Source: Pseudomonadales bacterium (lineage in GTDB: Bacteria; Pseudomonadota; Gammaproteobacteria; Pseudomonadales; CAWVSB01). Taken from it: a DNA stretch of 64,000 nt. Below are positions 61,564-64,000 of this stretch, in pieces. The stretch is from assembly GCA_036960375.1 (NCBI GenBank), contig JBALVY010000001.1:576563-640562 (forward strand), read 5' to 3'. A model generated the notes under the pieces. That model searched no databases. It saw nothing but the letters and a program-made list of their open reading frames with translations, and had not been told where the DNA came from. The translations under genes and the position numbers were made by a program. The first letter of the stretch is position 1; each line of letters starts with the position of its first letter.

Positions 61564-64000
61564 TCAGAAAGCGTATTTCAATACCAGCTCGGTGGTGCGA
61601 GGCTGCATGTAAATATCATAGGGGTCGCGGGCCAAAGATCCTGTGGCGTTAAAGACCCTGTCATCTGAGTCCGTCAGGTTCTTAACATGCAAGGTTACGC
61701 TCCAGGAGTCGGTCTGCAGACCTGCTCGGACATCCGCGCGGGCGAAGCCGTCAGTCTTTGCTGTTTCACCACCGCTACCATAGGCATATTTCTCGCCGGT
61801 ATAGCTGGCAAATATTCCGGCGACGATGCTGGAGCCCTCGAACCAGGAAACTGATCGGTTGTAGTCCAGGGAGGCGAAGCCGGTCCAGTCGGGAACTCCC
61901 TGAATCGGATCCCCATCACTCACACTCGCTCCTGGCAGTGTATCCAGGTACTCCGATTCCATCAGGTTAACACCCGCGCCCACCGTAATGGTCTCCGTTG
62001 CTGCCCAATTCATGCTGGCTTCGAGGCCGTAGCTCCTAGCATCGCCGGGGTTTTCCTTTATAACGCTAGTCGTTAACGCACCGAACTGGGGATCGATGAT
62101 CCACTCGGTTAGTTCAAGAATGGTGTCCTGCCAATCGTTGTAGTAGATGGCAGTGTCGAAATACAAGCTGTCTGTGGCAAACCACTTCGCACCGATCTCG
62201 TAGGCGGTCAGGTTTTCCTCGTCAGTGAACGGCTGCGCCTTGAAACCGGCGGGGCGGTTGACGAATACAGCGGTTTGGGTGAGGCCAAAGTTCGGCGCCC
62301 CTGACCGCTGTCCAGTAGAAACGCTGAAGTAGTTCATCAGGTCGTCGGTCCAATTTACCTTGAGGTTAATCCTGCCGGTGACACCGTCAAAGGTCTCTTC
62401 CGAGGGATTGTCCAGCCCCTGCTCGGCCATCAAATCACTGTAGAACTCACTCCGTTCAGTCGACTTTCGCTCGTCTTCGAAGTAACGCAAACCGACGGTC
62501 AGTTCCATTTTGTCGGTGAACGCGTAGCTAACCTCACCGAACACTGCCTGCTGATCCGACTCGATGCTACTCTCGACAAGGGTTATCTGGTCGAGGGCCG
62601 TAACGGATGGTAAGGGTATTACGACGGGGTCGGGGCCGAGGCCGTAAAGGGTCACCACGCCGGCAGGATTGGTAGTGTCCAAGTCGGCTGAGGGGGCGAT
62701 GGCCGCAGAGAGATCAAAGTGCTCCTCGTGCTCCAGAGAATAGTAACCGGCGGTCCAACTGAGAGGGCCGTCATTTTTTGAGGCGAGCCGAATCTCATAG
62801 TTATTGGTTTCCAGCGAAGAGCCCTGGAAGCCATCTCGGGGACCGGCCATTTGCCCAAGCCCGTAAGATTCCTCCTCCATCCGGTTCGCTGTCGCGTAAA
62901 GCTGGATGGAATCGAATTCATAGGTGAGCGCAGTCGTATACAGCTCGTATTCACCGCTATCGACCTGCAAGGTACCCGCTGGTCCTGCCGCCGTCTCAGT
63001 AACACTGCCAGGTGTGGGCGGCATCAATGCGGCAATGTTCTGCGTGTATACATCTGTCAACTGCTGGTTAATCGTTTCGGCGTACAGGGGATAGTAGGGG
63101 CCGAGCATCTCTTGAAAGATCGGTGTTATGGCACCTACAGTTATCGCGGTCGTAGTGGAAGTGAAAGCGTGATCCGTGCCGCCCTTCACCTCGAAATTAT
63201 AGTCCGAATCGGAGTAAATGGGGGCGGATTCGACGTCATATTTATGATATCCGACATCGAGTCGCAAGCGCGCATTGGGAGTAAAGCCGAACTGCACCTT
63301 GTAGTTTTTGCCGTCCAACTCATTGAAATCGTCCGGGCCATTAATGTAGTCTAGCCAGCCAGCCCGATCGCGATTGTGAGCGGTTAATCTTACGGCGAGT
63401 TTGTCTGCCACGATGGGAATGTTAACAACCCCGGCAATTGTGTGGCCGTCTCCACCACCGGAAATGGTGTGGGCTCCCAGTTCGATCTTGCCAGAGAAAC
63501 CACCCTCGGTATCAGCTTTGTTACTCAGGATACGTATGGTGCCACCGGTTGAGCCGGCACCGTAAAGAGTGCCTTGTGGACCCTTCAATACTTCCACGCG
63601 CTCCAGGTCGAAGGGGATAATCTCCGGCGTTGATACGCCTAGCAGGCTGACATAGGAGAAATCGTCAATGTAGTAACCGACCAATGCATCACCGCGACTC
63701 GCCGAGATACCGCGAATTTGAATAGTGGTTGCACGGGGGTTGGTCTTAGTCAGCGAGGCGCCAGGCGAGCGCTCTATCACTGCGTTGATACTAGTGGCGG
63801 CTAGGTCTTCGAGGGTCGCCCCAGATATTGCATTAATGCCCATCGCCGTGTCTGATAAGGCAGTGCCGGTAGCGCCTTTAAGTGCGGTAACAAGAACCTC
63901 TTCAAGTAGTCGTTCTCGCTCTTCGGCCTGCGTGGTAAATGTACTGACAGCTGCTGCGAGAGCCAGTACTGGTGTGGCAAATTTGACTGTGTTGCGGTAC
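61564..64000 (-). CDS. TonB-dependent outer-membrane receptor (N-terminus at or beyond the right edge)
   Basis: The frame stays open upstream of the track start (63843) to the window edge. There it reads ...KFATPVLALAAAVSTFTTQAEERERLLEEVLVTALKGATGTALSDTAMGINAISG..., a signal peptide plus a TonB-box region. C-terminal ...ELVLKYAF. Confidence 0.85.
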   Translation of the reverse strand, partial: YRNTVKFATPVLALAAAVSTFTTQAEERERLLEEVLVTALKGATGTALSDTAMGINAISGATLEDLAATSINAVIERSPGASLTKTNPRATTIQIRGISASRGDALVGYYIDDFSYVSLLGVSTPEIIPFDLERVEVLKGPQGTLYGAGSTGGTIRILSNKADTEGGFSGKIELGAHTISGGGDGHTIAGVVNIPIVADKLAVRLTAHNRDRAGWLDYINGPDDFNELDGKNYKVQFGFTPNARLRLDVGYHKYDVESAPIYSDSDYNFEVKGGTDHAFTSTTTAITVGAITPIFQEMLGPYYPLYAETINQQLTDVYTQNIAALMPPTPGSVTETAAGPAGTLQVDSGEYELYTTALTYEFDSIQLYATANRMEEESYGLGQMAGPRDGFQGSSLETNNYEIRLASKNDGPLSWTAGYYSLEHEEHFDLSAAIAPSADLDTTNPAGVVTLYGLGPDPVVIPLPSVTALDQITLVESSIESDQQAVFGEVSYAFTDKMELTVGLRYFEDERKSTERSEFYSDLMAEQGLDNPSEETFDGVTGRINLKVNWTDDLMNYFSVSTGQRSGAPNFGLTQTAVFVNRPAGFKAQPFTDEENLTAYEIGAKWFATDSLYFDTAIYYNDWQDTILELTEWIIDPQFGALTTSVIKENPGDARSYGLEASMNWAATETITVGAGVNLMESEYLDTLPGASVSDGDPIQGVPDWTGFASLDYNRSVSWFEGSSIVAGIFASYTGEKYAYGSGGETAKTDGFARADVRAGLQTDSWSVTLHVKNLTDSDDRVFNATGSLARDPYDIYMQPRTTELVLKYAF

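Overview
This is a gene-dense 64-kb bacterial chromosomal window. It is probably from a marine gammaproteobacterium; that is an inference from the TonB-receptor-rich catabolic loci and a proteobacterial dedicated sortase system, and cannot be proven here. I saw no rRNA, CRISPR, integrase, transposase or phage genes. Layout: (i) 1-30.75 kb is visibly GC-richer than the rest (my spot counts on single 60-nt lines give high-50s % here versus high-40s to 50 % further right). It holds an orphan catabolic cluster: two double-domain class III CoA-transferases (DddD-like architecture), an acyl-CoA dehydrogenase, two aldehyde dehydrogenases, an ACAD-fold flavin monooxygenase, a flavin-reductase::MarR fusion, an FAD monooxygenase, a PhyH dioxygenase, a TonB receptor, GPH and TLC-like MFS transporters, an IclR regulator, two atypical alpha/beta-fold paralogs, and exported Rossmann-, flavin-reductase- and methyltransferase-fold proteins. 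Its most unusual part is a mirror-ordered duplicated pair of small helical proteins and N-terminally extended SAM methyltransferases (7660-10740). (ii) 30.8-36.4 kb is a junction zone: copAB, tRNA-Leu(CAG), an RHH/ParE-RelE toxin-antitoxin pair flanked by two copies of a stable-RNA-type promoter, a tauD-like dioxygenase and a 5-prime-truncated DUF1501 remnant. (iii) 36.4-44.2 kb encodes the non-phosphorylative L-fucose pathway. (iv) 44.2-50.1 kb encodes a proteobacterial dedicated sortase system (kinase, regulator, VIT-vWA target, sortase). (v) 50.1-64 kb is an acyl-CoA/lipid cluster: npdG remnant, Qor, LLM oxidoreductase, heteromeric-type ACAD pair, two crotonases, acyl-CoA ligase, GPH transporter, DUF3089 protein and a TonB receptor. 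It contains a 116-nt duplicated regulatory region in inverted orientation. All product calls rest on by-eye motif and family recognition; no searches or computations were run.
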